Shown in pieces: positions 21,346 to 33,427 of a stretch of DNA of 64,000 nucleotides (positions are counted from its first letter, which is position 1; every line of letters begins with the position of its first letter). The position numbers were made by a program, and so were the translations under genes. A model generated the notes under the pieces. That model had not been told where the DNA came from, did no database searches, and saw nothing but the letters and a program-made list of their open reading frames with translations. The DNA is from a virus, in IMG/VR virus record IMGVR_UViG_3300042868_009489. One strand, 5' to 3'.

Positions 21346-24300
21346 TTAACCTCTTATTCCAGCCATAATATTTACCGAACCTGGATTTGAGTTATTCATT
21401 ACTGGAGATATATTACCATTTATTCCCATATCAAACATTAATCTCTGCAGTTTAGATCTAACGTCTTCTGGAGAAGAACCACCCTGTCCAAACATTGGGT
21501 AACTGGGATTAACTAAGTTTGCTTCTTTTACTTGCTGTGGGAAGAAGCCCATTTGTGACATCTCAAGACCCATTGACTGACCCATTTTTATTTTTACGTG
21601 TTCCATATTTGTATTTGGATGCCACACTTCAGAGCCTGCAGCAGGCAGTTCATGCCTAGTGAAGTAGTTTACTAAATCAGGTTTTCTTTCTACCGGCATA
21701 CCCCAAGCGGCTTCGTATATTCTTCTTTCCAATCTTCCAGCAGTCGATAGTACTTTACTTCTTTCACTCTTAGGCGCTTCAAGCATTGCTCTAAAGTGTT
21801 CTCTTTTTCTTTTTGGTATAGCTGCTGCAAGTTGGTCTATTGATTTTGTATTAAGATCTGCACCATACATTGTTTTTTTACTAGCAAGCATAAACTGATT
21901 TGCTGCGTCTATATCTCCAACTCTTTCAGCTCTAGCCGCGGCTGTTCTATTCTTTACATAACTTAAGATATCAACATATTCTTCAAGTGCTAATTCTTTT
22001 TTTCTATTCATTGGAATGAATTTAGTTTCTTTCATTTTTTGGAGAGCTGAATAGCCACCAACCGTTACTGCTCCTACGGTTGCAAGAGCTGCTTGCATTC
22101 TTTTGGTTTTTCCAAATGCGCCAAACGCGATTGCTCCTATACCTGCTGCCAAAACAGGGTTTCTTTGAGTTCCCTTATAATAGATTGGTTTAATAAAACT
22201 TTCTACTGGATTCTGCCATTCCGGGAATGTTGAACCATAAACATTTCTTCTTTCCCAATCTTCAGTTGCTGTTTTCCTTCCAGTAAATTTATTGTTAATA
22301 AAGTTGTCTGTGTGTAGTACGGATTCTTTTATTGTTCGTATTGGGTTAGTTATTTTTTCAATTTTAGAATAATCTGTGTAAGGAGTAAAATCAGTTTTAC
22401 TTTGAGCTATTGCATTTTGCTGAGCTCTTATTTGTCCGACTTTAATTATTTCATTTTCATCTAACCCCATTTTATCTATTCTTGAATTTAAAGCCCTAAA
22501 CTCTTTAGAGTATGGAGCTACATCAGCAAGAATATCTAGTTGATTTACTGCTCCGTATCTTCCATTGGAATCAGAATAAACTTTATTAAATCTTTCGTAA
22601 CCTACACCAGGTAATCTTAATTCACCTTCTTTTACTTTAGTAAATGGATCACCTGTAGTGAAGTCAATAAAGTTGCTGCTATTGGGAAGGAATGGATATT
22701 CTTTACCCATTGTGTTTTTAATTGGATTAATAAAACTAACATTAGTTCTTTCTTTTGGAATAAATCTTCTAACTATTTCAGAAGCTTCAATATTCCCAAG
22801 TGCACCTTCAGACTGAAGAGGTATGTCTCCTAATCCACCTAGATTTAAATCCCAGAAAGCTCTAGTTGTTCCATACGCTTTTGATGCGGATTGCAATACT
22901 GATTTATCTGGTTCAAAGTCATATGAACCAAAGCCAAGGGCAGACCTTATATTCCCACCAGCAAAACCATATATACCAAATGTTTCCTGTAATCTATAAC
23001 CAAGTTCTCCAGCTTGGAATTCGTTGCTACCTGATCTTATGGGCATTCCTGATGCAACGATTTTTGATGGCATAATTCCAGGTCCTGTTGGTGGACCAAA
23101 TTGAACTGGTTGGACCTGAGACGAAACAGGTACTCTTTGATAAGCTGCTGCTGCTAGCGCATCGTTTTGTGCTCCAGATTGACCACGGATCAACTGTCTT
23201 GCGGTATTTAATGATCCACTACTATTAGCTAATATTTGGTTTGAGCGAGAAATATTATAAGATCCAGCTGAAGCTCCCATTGGAGACGAAGCCGCCGCAC
23301 CAGCATAATCTGACAATGGGGATATAAATCTAAGTGGTTTTCCACCATAAGCAGCAGGACGAGCTGCTGGATAACTAACAGCTGGATCCCTCTGTTCTAC
23401 GTATCCGACATTGCCGGGGACCTCCTGGGGCATATAGGCGCCGCTGGCTCCAACTGGGGCATAACTAGATAGTGCTCTGTCTAATTCTTGCTTATGCATT
23501 ACCTTTTGAGGTTTTAAAATTCTTCCTATAGTTGCATTTAAGACTGGTACTGCTGCACCAAAGGGTCCCGAGAAATACTCTCCAGTTACAGGATAAGGTC
23601 TATCTTGATAGTGTTTTTTTTCAAATTTATAAGGGTCTAATGGACGCAGTGGAGAAAAGTCGTTGTAATATAACATCTTTTCCATTGGACTACCATAGGT
23701 GTCTGATGTGAACATCGCTCCACCTTGTAGTCTCCTATACCAAGATGGTCTATAGTATTCAATCTTTCCACCACTAAATTTTGTATTACCTAAAGGCCAA
23801 TATCTTCCCTTTTTGATTGGTACTTCACCAGTCAATAACTGTTGTCTTTTTTGTCCGTAACCCATTCCGCCAGGTACGACACCAGATATTGCTGCTTGAG
23901 CTTCAACTCCGACTCTAGCTACCGCACCAAGTGCAAATGGCGAATATACTCTTTCGCCTCTTTCGTCTTTTCCTTGCGTGTACCCGCCTACTGTTCTATC
24001 TACGGCTAATGCAGTTGTGCCTATGGCAACTGCCGGGAGTATTCTTTCTGCATTCATTCCCCTGAAATACATGTCAAGAGGACCGTGGAAGTTATCTGGA
24101 TCTAGACTAGAGCCAACAGTCCCAAAGTATCTATTTAATCTGTTGAAACCATGAGATACTGGAACAGAAGCTAAAGAAAAACCCTCTTCATTCCCATATG
24201 TTTTTATTCCAGCGGCACTAAGTAATGCTGCTTTTGGATTTCTTTTAAGAGCTGTACCAAATGTTGGAACAAATGCGTATGTCTCTCGACCAGATTGTCC

Positions 24301-27300
24301 AGATAAAGGACTTGCAGAAGGATTTTCAACATACCTTCCCATCCCTAAGTTTTTCTTAAATACAGCAAATGGTTTATTTATACCCATCTGAGAAATCATT
24401 GAAGATTGACCAGTTGTAACTATACTACCTTCAATGTGCGGATCTAATAAACCTTTTAATGACGGTTCCTGTAGTATCCTTCTCGTTTCTTGAAATCTTT
24501 TTAAAGGGTTTTGTAAAACATTTTCGAATCCTGTTGGTGATTTAGGATCAAATTTATATGTTTCAAATGCTGATAAGTTAAATATCGTAGATAAAGCAGA
24601 CGCTTGAGCTTCTGCTTTTTGTGCAGAAGATATAACTCCACTTGCAGTTAATTCGTCTATAGCAGAAGTAACGTTCTTCATGACTGTCATTGGATCGCCA
24701 GTCAATATTGATTTTCTTTCTAATAAAAATCTAAATACTTCTGACGACATTTCATCGCCTCTAGTCACAATACTAGATGATTTTTCAAACATCCTTGATT
24801 GTTGCGAGAAATCATCTATGTTTGCAAAAGATTTAATTCTAGCAAATGCCTTACTTACATCCTGATATCTCTTTAAATCAATATCATTTCTTATTGACAA
24901 TCTTTGGGAATCTAGAACATCTTCCAATGCACTTGAAACCCTACTTGCTTGGCCTGGAGCTGATATTCCAGTAATGTCATCAACGCTAAGACCTCCAAGT
25001 TCATCAGGTGTAAATGAACTGAGCACTTTTCTTTGAACTGATTTATTAGTTCCGTAACTCAATTGCCTATTTGCAAACCTAGTAAACGCTTCCATCAACT
25101 GAGAATGTGATGCTACTTGTTTTCCTGAATCAACATCAAGTAAGTTATATCTAGCTACTTTTCCGGCGTCATCTAATTCAGTACTTAACTGTAAATTCTT
25201 TTTTCTTCCAACTCCACCAACTGAAAATGTTTCATCAACATTACCAGATATTAGTCTAGCCATTACAGCTTCGTTTTCTATGTCTGCCTGTCTATTAACT
25301 AATCTTCCAAAAAATTTAAACAAAGAGTTTGGTTGCTCATCTGCATAATCTAAACGTTCTTTAACTTTTCCTACTAAACCTGTTGCCGTACGAGTTTGCT
25401 GCGTTCTTTTTCCTGCAGCTAATTCTGCGGTGCTGGTGAACATTGATGAAACTGCTGTTGGAACTGGCCTATATGTTCCTTCTATGGCTGTAGATGCACC
25501 TGCGGCGTGTTCGTACAGTCTGCCTTTTGTTCCTAGGAATCCACCTGTACTGTGCCATGTGTAAAAATCTGCTTTGGATCCCTTAACAAATGGTTGACTT
25601 GCTGCTCCTGAAGTTACTTGATATCTTCCAGCTTTTGCCATTCCAGCAAAGTCTTTATAGCCCAACATTTGCATTGGGTTAATTCCAATAATAGGAACCT
25701 TTATTTCAGTAGCTAATGCTTCTGTTACTTTTCTAAGTCCAGATCTTATTGGGTTAAAGTTTACTACATCTCCACTATTGGACTGATAATATCCTTTAAC
25801 GTTACTTAACGTAGTTTGATTAGAAGATGTTTTAATTCTATTTAATATGCCTAACTCAGCACTGTCTTTTCCACTTAATATATTTTTAGTTAATGATTTT
25901 TGAAGTGGACCTTCTGGTATCTGGTCTGTAATAGTTTTATAAGATAATTTTTCTCTTTCTAGAAAATCGTCTACAGTAAGACCTCTTAATCCAAAAAGTC
26001 CAGCTAATCCAGATGTTGGGCCAGCAACCATTTCTTTATTGTTCATCAAGTAGCCTCTAAGTTGAGAGGCGTTCCTCATGTCTATTCCACGAGCACCCAA
26101 TGCTTTAGCTAATTGATTTGGATCTCCTAATGTTGATTCATCTAAACCAAATACTTTTCCAGCTCTTTTAGCCATTTCAAGTCTAGCTTGAGATGCCTGA
26201 ATTGAATCTCCAGCTGAATCAAGAAAATTTAATCTATTTAATTTTTGTGGTTTTAATACTGAAGAAAAAACTTCTTTTTCAAAAGTTTCTCTAGCTGAAC
26301 GATGAGCTCCAGATACATCTATCCCAACGTTTAAACCATATTTGCTTGCTCTAGCATTTTCGGCTATAGACTTGTCTACTGCAGCTACTGCTTTACTTAA
26401 TGCGTCTGCGTTGAAAGTGTCTGGTATTGGATTATTTTTTCCAAATTTTCCAGAATTAAATCTAGCTATTATTTGACCAAAAAAATCTTCTCCAACAATT
26501 TCTTGTTCGCCCATCCCCAATCGTTCAGTTGCGCTTATTATTTCTTTTGCAGGTATACCACTACTTGTAGCAATTTCTCTATAGATATCATCGCTAACAC
26601 TAAGGTTTTGACTAAATTTTTTGGCAACAGCCTCACTTAATCCATCGTCTATTAATCGTTGCTCTAGTCTACTTTTGTAAGCACCTTGTCTCAACATTTT
26701 TATAAAATCAGTTGATGCGCCTTTTCCACCAGCTTTGGTATCAAATTCTCTTAAAAGACTAAATACATCTGATGATCTTTTTCTTTGTATATTTAATATT
26801 GATTCACCAAGTGAGGTGTTAATTAATTGAGCGCCTTCTGTAGTTGCTTTATCGGCTCCAAGAATTTTTCCAAAACCTTCTTGTATTTTATTCCAGTTGT
26901 ATCCAGGCTTATCTAGAAATGATTGAGCAAACGAAAGTTTTTGGTATTCTTCATGTGCTGATTTTGCACCTTGTCTAACTGCCTTATAACCAGGAATCAG
27001 ATCCAGCATTGAATCTATTTTCGTACCTTGTACAGTACCTGTTCCAGTACTTGTTGTTATCTTATTTAATGCTGCTTTATCACCTTTATATATATCTCTA
27101 GCTAAATTTTGTATTACTTGTTTTCTAGAAGGCTTTGATAGACCAGGTGCTGGAGTGGAACCATGTCTTTGTGAATACAGAGCTGCAACTGGGTTTTTGT
27201 GAATGTCTGTCATTGCAATAAATGAACTTGCTAAAGCTCCAGATGATCTTTCTGAGAACTTAATTGATTTATCTAATACGCTAAATAAATCATGACCAAC

Positions 27301-28168
27301 ACCTTCGAGCATTCCTTTGAGATTTAAAGACTTTTCATATATAGCATGTTTTGTTGTATTTTTTATCGTAGAATAACCAGTGGCGTTTGTTGCCATCAGT
27401 CTTTCTTGTGCTGTTCTATAAAAATTTAATGAGCTTTCTTTTGCTGCACCAGCCGCAGCTGTTGGTAGCATAAAGCCACCCATTTGGAACAAAGCTGTTT
27501 TAGCTAAATCCTTACCTAAATCTATACCTCTGGATGGATCATACCATTTCTTTTTTGGCCCAAGATCTTCTTCTTTTCCACCAAACAGTGGCTTAGTTAT
27601 GTACTTATCTGCTGCATAAAAAGCAGGTACTTCATACGGTAGTCTTCTAGCTTGACGAACTAGTCTTTGTTGCAGTTCATCTCTATAGTGCCACGTGGCG
27701 GTTGATGAAGCTCCTCTTCCCTCAGCCCTGAATGCGTAACCAGCATTAACAACGCTCTTGTGTCCTTCGTAACCTGTTTGAAGTTTTCCAGCGGAATCAA
27801 AAACTAATTTTGTTTTCCCCTCTTCTAAACGAGTTATTCCTTCAAGTTCATCGAGTATGCTTCTTGCTTTTAGTAAACCATAATTAGCTCTAGATATAAT
27901 ACTACTTTCAGCAGATGATGCTGCTCTTTCAGTAAGAGCTTTTCCGTATCTTTAAGCCACCACCTCTTAAGAATTTTCCAGCAACTGTAGCAGCAACGCC
28001 AGTCGCAATCATGGCAGAAGCCATCTTTACTAGCGGTCTACCTTCTAGGGCCCTGTTAACATATCCAGAATCTGGGGATGGACCGTTCTGAGTATCGTCT
28101 CCGGTGGTGAATTCTCTAGAAGTTACGCCAAATCCAATATTATGGATCGGTCCTCTATCTCTCTGCAT
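21346..28168 (-). CDS. Tape-measure-like protein, about 2273 aa after +1 shift at CGGA 27943-27946
   Basis: ATG 28168 with GAGGGGG RBS; AAG ATA CGG AAA... stops, while ATA c GGA AAA GCT CTT stays open into ORF 21346..27492 (which otherwise starts at TTG). Follows the chaperone-like genes; has Ala/Gly-rich TM-like segments. Confidence 0.7.
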
Positions 28169-28185
28169 GATTCACCCCCTCTTTT

Positions 28186-28819
28186 TTATCTGCCCATACC
28201 CCATAGTTTTTGAGCAATGGGGTCACTATATGTTGCAGATCCTTCAACCTTAGATGCATTGTGTCTAGCTGCTGACAGATTCTCTTTTTCTCTTTCTTCC
28301 TGAGGATCTATCAGGGATAGAGATACGTTAGTAGATTCTATTCCAGCAATCGCTTGCTGAACTTCAATTATTTTTTCTGCTAATGCAACTCTTTCCGCTA
28401 GCTTTGAATATGTTAGCGAATCTAGAAATTCTGGAGTATCTGTATGTATAGTAGCTAGAACAAAGGCTTTCATTAAGCCTCTAACATGATTAGCTATTAC
28501 TCTTTTTTCTTCCAAAATTCGCTTAGCTGTGCGTGCTGATGCGAAGCCAGAGAATTCAATTATTTGCTCAGCCAAAGAGCTTATGGCTCCAGGTGGAAAT
28601 TTATTTAAATCAAAGTCTTCAGGATATACTACAGATGCTCTAATGATTTCATCTTCTGCGTCAGCAGAAGAATTACCCTCAGTGCTTTTATATGCTGCAA
28701 CTTTGTCAAATTCAGAAAAAGTTAATTCTTTAAATACTATTTCAGATCCGTTTTATTTCAGTCTGAAATATTGAACCATGTCTTTTCTTTAGTTCAAAAA
28801 GAATTCCTGCATCTAACAT
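28186..28819 (-). CDS. Probable tail assembly chaperone 2, about 210 aa after +1 shift at CGGA 28747-28750
   Basis: ATG at 28819 directly after the upstream stop; ATA AAA CGG ATC TGA vs AAA c GGA TCT GAA ATA GTA TTT; restored product (LKKRHGSIF...FKELTFSEF...V.YP...PGAISSLAEQIIEFSGF) parallels the neighbouring chaperone. Confidence 0.7.
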
Positions 28820-28820
28820 C

Positions 28821-29360
28821 TTAGAGTTGTCTAACCTCTAAGGCAACGAATCCAGAAGCCTCTAGAACTTCTTGTGAGATCAAAGAAGGAAGACCTGCCA
28901 TGTCACCAGTGAGAGCTTGCTTATCATATGATGGGAACAAGATGCAGAGTTCTGAAATTGCTTCTTCATTCCACATATTAGCTTCTGCGTTAGAAAGCTG
29001 ACCGGCTTGCATTAAGGTTTCCATCTTTTTCACCAATTGCTTGTATTCAATTCTAGAAAGGACTCTCCAGACAATGTGCTTATCAAATGAAATAGAAGTT
29101 ACATATACTTCACCGTACTGTTTCTTCCATGCTTTAATTTGTCCAGCGTTAGGGCCATTATCAAAGATGACTTGATCGTCTGCTAGTTCTTCAACTGTTG
29201 TAGCCTGTTCAACAGGGATCTGCTCATCTGAATAATCAGATACAACGATGTCACCGTCTTGTGGTTCATCTGTTTCTAAAAAAATTTCAACTGAATCGGC
29301 AGCAATTTTTTCTGCCATTTCCTTGTCTTGTCTAACTACTACTTTTCTCTTCTCAGACAT
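28821..29360 (-). CDS. Probable tail assembly chaperone
   Basis: WKKQYGEVY...WRVLSRIEY...CILFP...AGLPSLISQEVLEASGF; position between tube genes and tape measure; AGGAG RBS. Confidence 0.6.
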   Translation of the reverse strand: MSEKRKVVVRQDKEMAEKIAADSVEIFLETDEPQDGDIVVSDYSDEQIPVEQATTVEELADDQVIFDNGPNAGQIKAWKKQYGEVYVTSISFDKHIVWRVLSRIEYKQLVKKMETLMQAGQLSNAEANMWNEEAISELCILFPSYDKQALTGDMAGLPSLISQEVLEASGFVALEVRQL

Positions 29361-29414
29361 TGTTTCTCCTTATATCGTTTCAAGTTACATTATATCATAT
29401 CTATATTAAAATTA

Positions 29415-30452
29415 TTATCTTGGCAGCGTACTTTCAGTCCTGTTTACCAATGGACTCTCAACCACCGATTTTGTAGCATTAGAAGCCTGTGGCTCTGTTG
29501 TAACAAAGGTCTTACCAGTATATGGGTTAAAGCCGGATTCTGCCTCTGTCATATAAAAATCTCTTGCCACAAAGCTATAGGTCTCTATTAAGGGAGATCC
29601 TCCGCTTTGGTATTCTGTGCTCATTTGCATTAAATGAACATTTTGTAAAACAATCTTCATTGGAGTCTTATTGTCAGCCATCTTAACTTTTCGCTCATTT
29701 ATGTCAGTAGATATTATCCTGTCCAAGTTGTCTCTCTGCTCCATAGAGGCCGTAGAGGCGTTCTCCGTGACTCCTACGGGGCTCAAACTTGATTCCTCTA
29801 CTCCATAGACTATAACGAAGTTAAATGGAGGATGAGCGCTAAAGATGTTATGTTGACCATCTGCTGAAGATGTGCTTATTGCTGGATCGGTGGTTATTCT
29901 ATCTAACTGACTATTGGCCCAATATTTCTGTATGTTTTCTTCATCTGTTCTTGATTCGTTTTGTGATCTTAAAACAGATACGACTCCAGAGTTATCACCC
30001 TTACCTGATGCAGAAAAGCTTCTGACTCTTGCTGCTTCTTCTAGAAGATGTGTCATCCTTCTAGGGTATCTTGAGTATAGGGAAAACTGACCAGTTATTA
30101 TTCTGGAACCGTTCATCATAGCGTCAAAATTATATGACCAGAATCCATAGACTGCTTGCTTTTCTTGTTTAATTAAAAAGCCAAATCCAGCTATATCTAG
30201 TTCATCTTTTGGATCAAACAAACCATCGATATATACTTTTACATCTTCGCCGGAGAAAAAGTAATCATAATAATTACTAAAACGAGGATCTCCAGTAGTT
30301 TTGCCACCAGCCCAATAAAGATCTAATTCTGCACTAAGAGGATCGAATGTTCCATTCTTATTTCCTAAACCAGGATTAGTTGAGACGGTATCCTGGTATG
30401 GAATATAGCCACTAAATGGTCTATATGGAATAGCTCTATATGGACTTGTCAT
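29415..30452 (-). CDS. Tail tube-like paralog (baseplate/tube junction)
   Basis: FFSGEDVKV...KQAVYG...GSRIITGQF...PPFNFVI...ETYSFVARD parallels the two upstream tube-like genes. Confidence 0.55.
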   Translation of the reverse strand: MTSPYRAIPYRPFSGYIPYQDTVSTNPGLGNKNGTFDPLSAELDLYWAGGKTTGDPRFSNYYDYFFSGEDVKVYIDGLFDPKDELDIAGFGFLIKQEKQAVYGFWSYNFDAMMNGSRIITGQFSLYSRYPRRMTHLLEEAARVRSFSASGKGDNSGVVSVLRSQNESRTDEENIQKYWANSQLDRITTDPAISTSSADGQHNIFSAHPPFNFVIVYGVEESSLSPVGVTENASTASMEQRDNLDRIISTDINERKVKMADNKTPMKIVLQNVHLMQMSTEYQSGGSPLIETYSFVARDFYMTEAESGFNPYTGKTFVTTEPQASNATKSVVESPLVNRTESTLPR

Positions 30453-30461
30453 ACTTAAACC

Positions 30462-31235
30462 TTAAACGATTGTAGGCGGTGAATATATTCTTTCAATAAA
30501 ATTCTTATAATCTTCGACTCTATCTCCAAAAGCATTTGTTGATATTCTTAATCTCTCGTTTTGTTGAGCTTGATATCCATCTGGGTACCTAAGGTCATCA
30601 CGAGCCGTATCTAATTGTACCAGAGGCTGTAGCCCTCTAGCCATATACGTATAAGTTTGTTCGGTGATTAAGTCGTCTATTGACATAGTACCGCCCTCAT
30701 CTACGAGGGTAACACCAAATATTTTCATTTTTGCTGCCAAGCCGTATTCATTAAAGAAGGTAAATACAATGTCAAATGGTGGCAACATGTCTGCCAACGG
30801 TGCAAAGTAGCCCTTGCTGTCAGAAAGAATTTTTCTGTAACTTTCTATTCTATAAAATGCATACTCGTTAAACTGGGTGAATATCATACTTCCAGCTATA
30901 GTTCTAGCACCTTTTACGAAGCCTCTTGGATTGACATGACCAAGTGTTCTTACTGGAGAGTTTTCTCTGTGCATTGAATATGATATCGTTTGAAGCTCTG
31001 CCATTTCCAGTACATCGCCTTCATTGGAAATGAATCCATTTTCTCCAATTTTAGGAATAATGATTGTAGCTGTTATGTCTGCGCCAGAAAATGACATATC
31101 AGAAAATGGATCTGGAAGATTGTTATCTCTTCTAAATTCTTTTACACCCTCCTCATAAGTAGAGAGTCTATTTTTCCTTGATGATATAGTCGTGAGATTC
31201 GCTATATCTGATACATCATTTCTATTAAATGCCAT
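30462..31235 (-). CDS. Tail tube-like paralog
   Basis: SFSGADI...ISYSMHRENSPVRTLG..NPRGFVKGARTIAGSMIF...LPPFDI...SIDDLITEQTYTYMAR, clearly paralogous to 31323..32012. Confidence 0.6.
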   Translation of the reverse strand: MAFNRNDVSDIANLTTISSRKNRLSTYEEGVKEFRRDNNLPDPFSDMSFSGADITATIIIPKIGENGFISNEGDVLEMAELQTISYSMHRENSPVRTLGHVNPRGFVKGARTIAGSMIFTQFNEYAFYRIESYRKILSDSKGYFAPLADMLPPFDIVFTFFNEYGLAAKMKIFGVTLVDEGGTMSIDDLITEQTYTYMARGLQPLVQLDTARDDLRYPDGYQAQQNERLRISTNAFGDRVEDYKNFIERIYSPPTIV

Positions 31236-31245
31236 GTTGTTCCTT

Positions 31246-31294
31246 AAAAATAAAATAGTGGAGGATTGGTCCTACACCAAGTCCTCCACTATTT
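31246..31294 (-). terminator. Rho-independent terminator after the major tube gene
   Basis: Inverted repeat aatagtggagga-ttggt...accaa-g-tcctccactatt with an A-tract on the left (U-tract on the minus strand). Confidence 0.7.
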
Positions 31295-31322
31295 AATAAC
31301 TACTATACTTATTTGATTATAA

Positions 31323-32012
31323 TTATGGTCTAATTATCTCGCTGTTTAATCCGCTAGATGATACTGCATCTTTGCTGATTAATGAACCTAGGTCATCTGA
31401 GTTGAATCTGTTAAGATTATCCGTTGTAATCTTATACATTGGACCAATTTCACGAGCAACGTATGTCATTGTTTCTTCGATAACAATGTCATCCATCGAA
31501 GCTCCTGAACCTTCATTTAACAGTTCAACACCATAGATTGATCTAACAGCAGCTTGGCCATATTCGTTAACAAATGTGATTGTAATATCGAATGGTGGGA
31601 TTTGGTCTGCATAGTATGGTGTCTTGCTAACTACGTCTCTTGTTTGATTTGTTACTTCAGCAATACCTCTCTTGTGGCTTGGATCGCCAGGAAGTGTATT
31701 ATGAGCTCTTGTAAAAAACTTCATTTCCGAAGAAGAGTTATGATGTGTCTCAAGCATCTGGTACAGAGCTGGGCGGTCAAATACTGTGAATATCAACGAA
31801 CCAGCAATACCTCTTTTACCTCTTGAAAATGAACGTGGGTTTGGTGAACCCATTGTATAAATTGGCGCCTTTTCTCTTGTCACCGAGAAAGTGATTCCCG
31901 AAAGAGCTCCGATTTCAACGCCACCAAAAGTGGCAACAATATCAGCACCAGAAAATGTTGTATAAGTATTGAGATACTTGTTTACTGGACTGTCGTAGTA
32001 TTCGCCTGCCAT
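31323..32012 (-). CDS. Major tail tube protein
   Basis: Follows the sheath gene; strong RBS AGGAGGG; TFSGADI...TREKAPIYTMGSPNPRSFSRGKRGIAGSLIF...PPFDITITF.NEYG; followed by a terminator. Confidence 0.75.
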   Translation of the reverse strand: MAGEYYDSPVNKYLNTYTTFSGADIVATFGGVEIGALSGITFSVTREKAPIYTMGSPNPRSFSRGKRGIAGSLIFTVFDRPALYQMLETHHNSSSEMKFFTRAHNTLPGDPSHKRGIAEVTNQTRDVVSKTPYYADQIPPFDITITFVNEYGQAAVRSIYGVELLNEGSGASMDDIVIEETMTYVAREIGPMYKITTDNLNRFNSDDLGSLISKDAVSSSGLNSEIIRP

Positions 32013-32059
32013 ATTACCCTCCTAATCGGTATATAAATTTGCAGTGTTTTTATATGATA

Positions 32060-33325
32060 TTAACCAAGTTCAACTGACATTTGGACTTCGATGTTTCTAA
32101 GTTCAAATGCAGGTGTTATAACTAGGTCAATAAGTGCTTTGTTTTCTTCAGCGATGTATCTGATGTTGAAATCGCTATCTAAGATGGCACCCAACTGCTG
32201 CATTCCTCTAAGGGATGAAGTAATCGAGGTTTCCATTGAGTTTCTAACTTGAATAGTTGAAGGTTGACCAATGAACTTCTGACAGCTCTGACGGACAACT
32301 AACATTGCTTCGTTAACAATTCTCAGTGTTGTCAGTCTTGTGTAGTCTGAACTAGAACCAGCAAATGTTACACCATCTGTGAAGATTGGAGCTCTATTGA
32401 AGTTTAACATGATTGAGTTTACACCCTTATTGGTCATTGCCAACAAGGTTGTTTTGCTAGGATTGTATCTTAGCGCTGCAACGTTGTAAACTGTCTTGTT
32501 TATGGTTGAAGTGTATGAAGCCATTCTGCTAACTGCAGCAGTTAATACTGATGCACCATTTGAATAACCCCATGCCGCTGGATAACCTGCAGGCTTTAAC
32601 TCTGCACCAATTACTGCAACGTGTCTTCCAAGTTCCTTAGCAGCAACTCCATTATATGTTGTTGCTGAATCTCTGTCTGAAAGAGTTGTTAAGCCGAGGT
32701 GTGTTGCTACTTGTCCAGGAGTCATTACGTCGTTAGCACCGACATATGGCTTTGTTCCCATAACAGCGAAACATGGATGACTGTTCTCATTGATTTCTTT
32801 AACTTTATCAGCAATTTTTACTGCCCAGTTATTTCCAATTGTTACTGAGTTGTCTGCATGAAATCCGTAAATTGTATCGGCAGATGCAGAATATGCTTCA
32901 GAAGGAGTTGCCGCCCAGAGTCCTGCTCTTGCACCACTTCCCCAAGGAAGTATGATATCTGGCTGAGCAGCTTCTGCTGCAATGAACATTGCATCGAGAA
33001 CGCTACCACCAAAATTACTACTTGTTACCGCAGCTGTACTGTGGTTCCATGTAGTATCACTTGGCAATGGGACCATGTAGATTCTTTCTGCGCCTGCAGA
33101 AACAAGCTCAAAAAAAGCTCTATGACAAGCTGAATCAACGCCAAAGGCAGTTATGACATCTTGTTCATTTGTGCACTGAACTACGTCAAGGTCTGCGACG
33201 TTGCCTGTTCCATCTGCTGTTGATCTTTTTGCTAATACTACAACCCTTGGTCCGACTGGACTATCTTGACGGGAGATGCTGTAGAAGCGGTCTTTAATTA
33301 TTGTTTTTACACCTGGTAGAGCCAT
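32060..33325 (-). CDS. Contractile tail sheath protein
   Basis: MALPGVKT N-terminus; C-terminal LTTLRIVNEAM...QKFIGQP...LGAILD...IDLVITPAFELRNIEV sheath signature; GGAGG RBS. Confidence 0.8.
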   Translation of the reverse strand: MALPGVKTIIKDRFYSISRQDSPVGPRVVVLAKRSTADGTGNVADLDVVQCTNEQDVITAFGVDSACHRAFFELVSAGAERIYMVPLPSDTTWNHSTAAVTSSNFGGSVLDAMFIAAEAAQPDIILPWGSGARAGLWAATPSEAYSASADTIYGFHADNSVTIGNNWAVKIADKVKEINENSHPCFAVMGTKPYVGANDVMTPGQVATHLGLTTLSDRDSATTYNGVAAKELGRHVAVIGAELKPAGYPAAWGYSNGASVLTAAVSRMASYTSTINKTVYNVAALRYNPSKTTLLAMTNKGVNSIMLNFNRAPIFTDGVTFAGSSSDYTRLTTLRIVNEAMLVVRQSCQKFIGQPSTIQVRNSMETSITSSLRGMQQLGAILDSDFNIRYIAEENKALIDLVITPAFELRNIEVQMSVELG

Positions 33326-33372
33326 GTTATTCTTAACCTCCGAGTCAGGGATTTATTGGATTAACTCGAAAG

Positions 33373-33380
33373 ATATAGTA
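33373..33380 (-). promoter_or_regulatory. TACTATAT candidate late-promoter motif (also at 37607, 37961, 42469, 49402, 51125; variant at 62578)
   Basis: Same 8-mer in six intergenic positions, each 5-50 nt upstream of a minus-strand start. Confidence 0.65.
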
Positions 33381-33427
33381 ATGGGGTACCTGTAAAAACT
33401 AACTAGATTTACATATCCTAGTAAATA

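Noticed and set aside
28800-28900. Classical -1 slippery G/GT chaperone frameshift
   Set aside because: No obvious slippery heptamer at the end of 28821..29360; the next gene has its own ATG and an internal CGGA +1 site.
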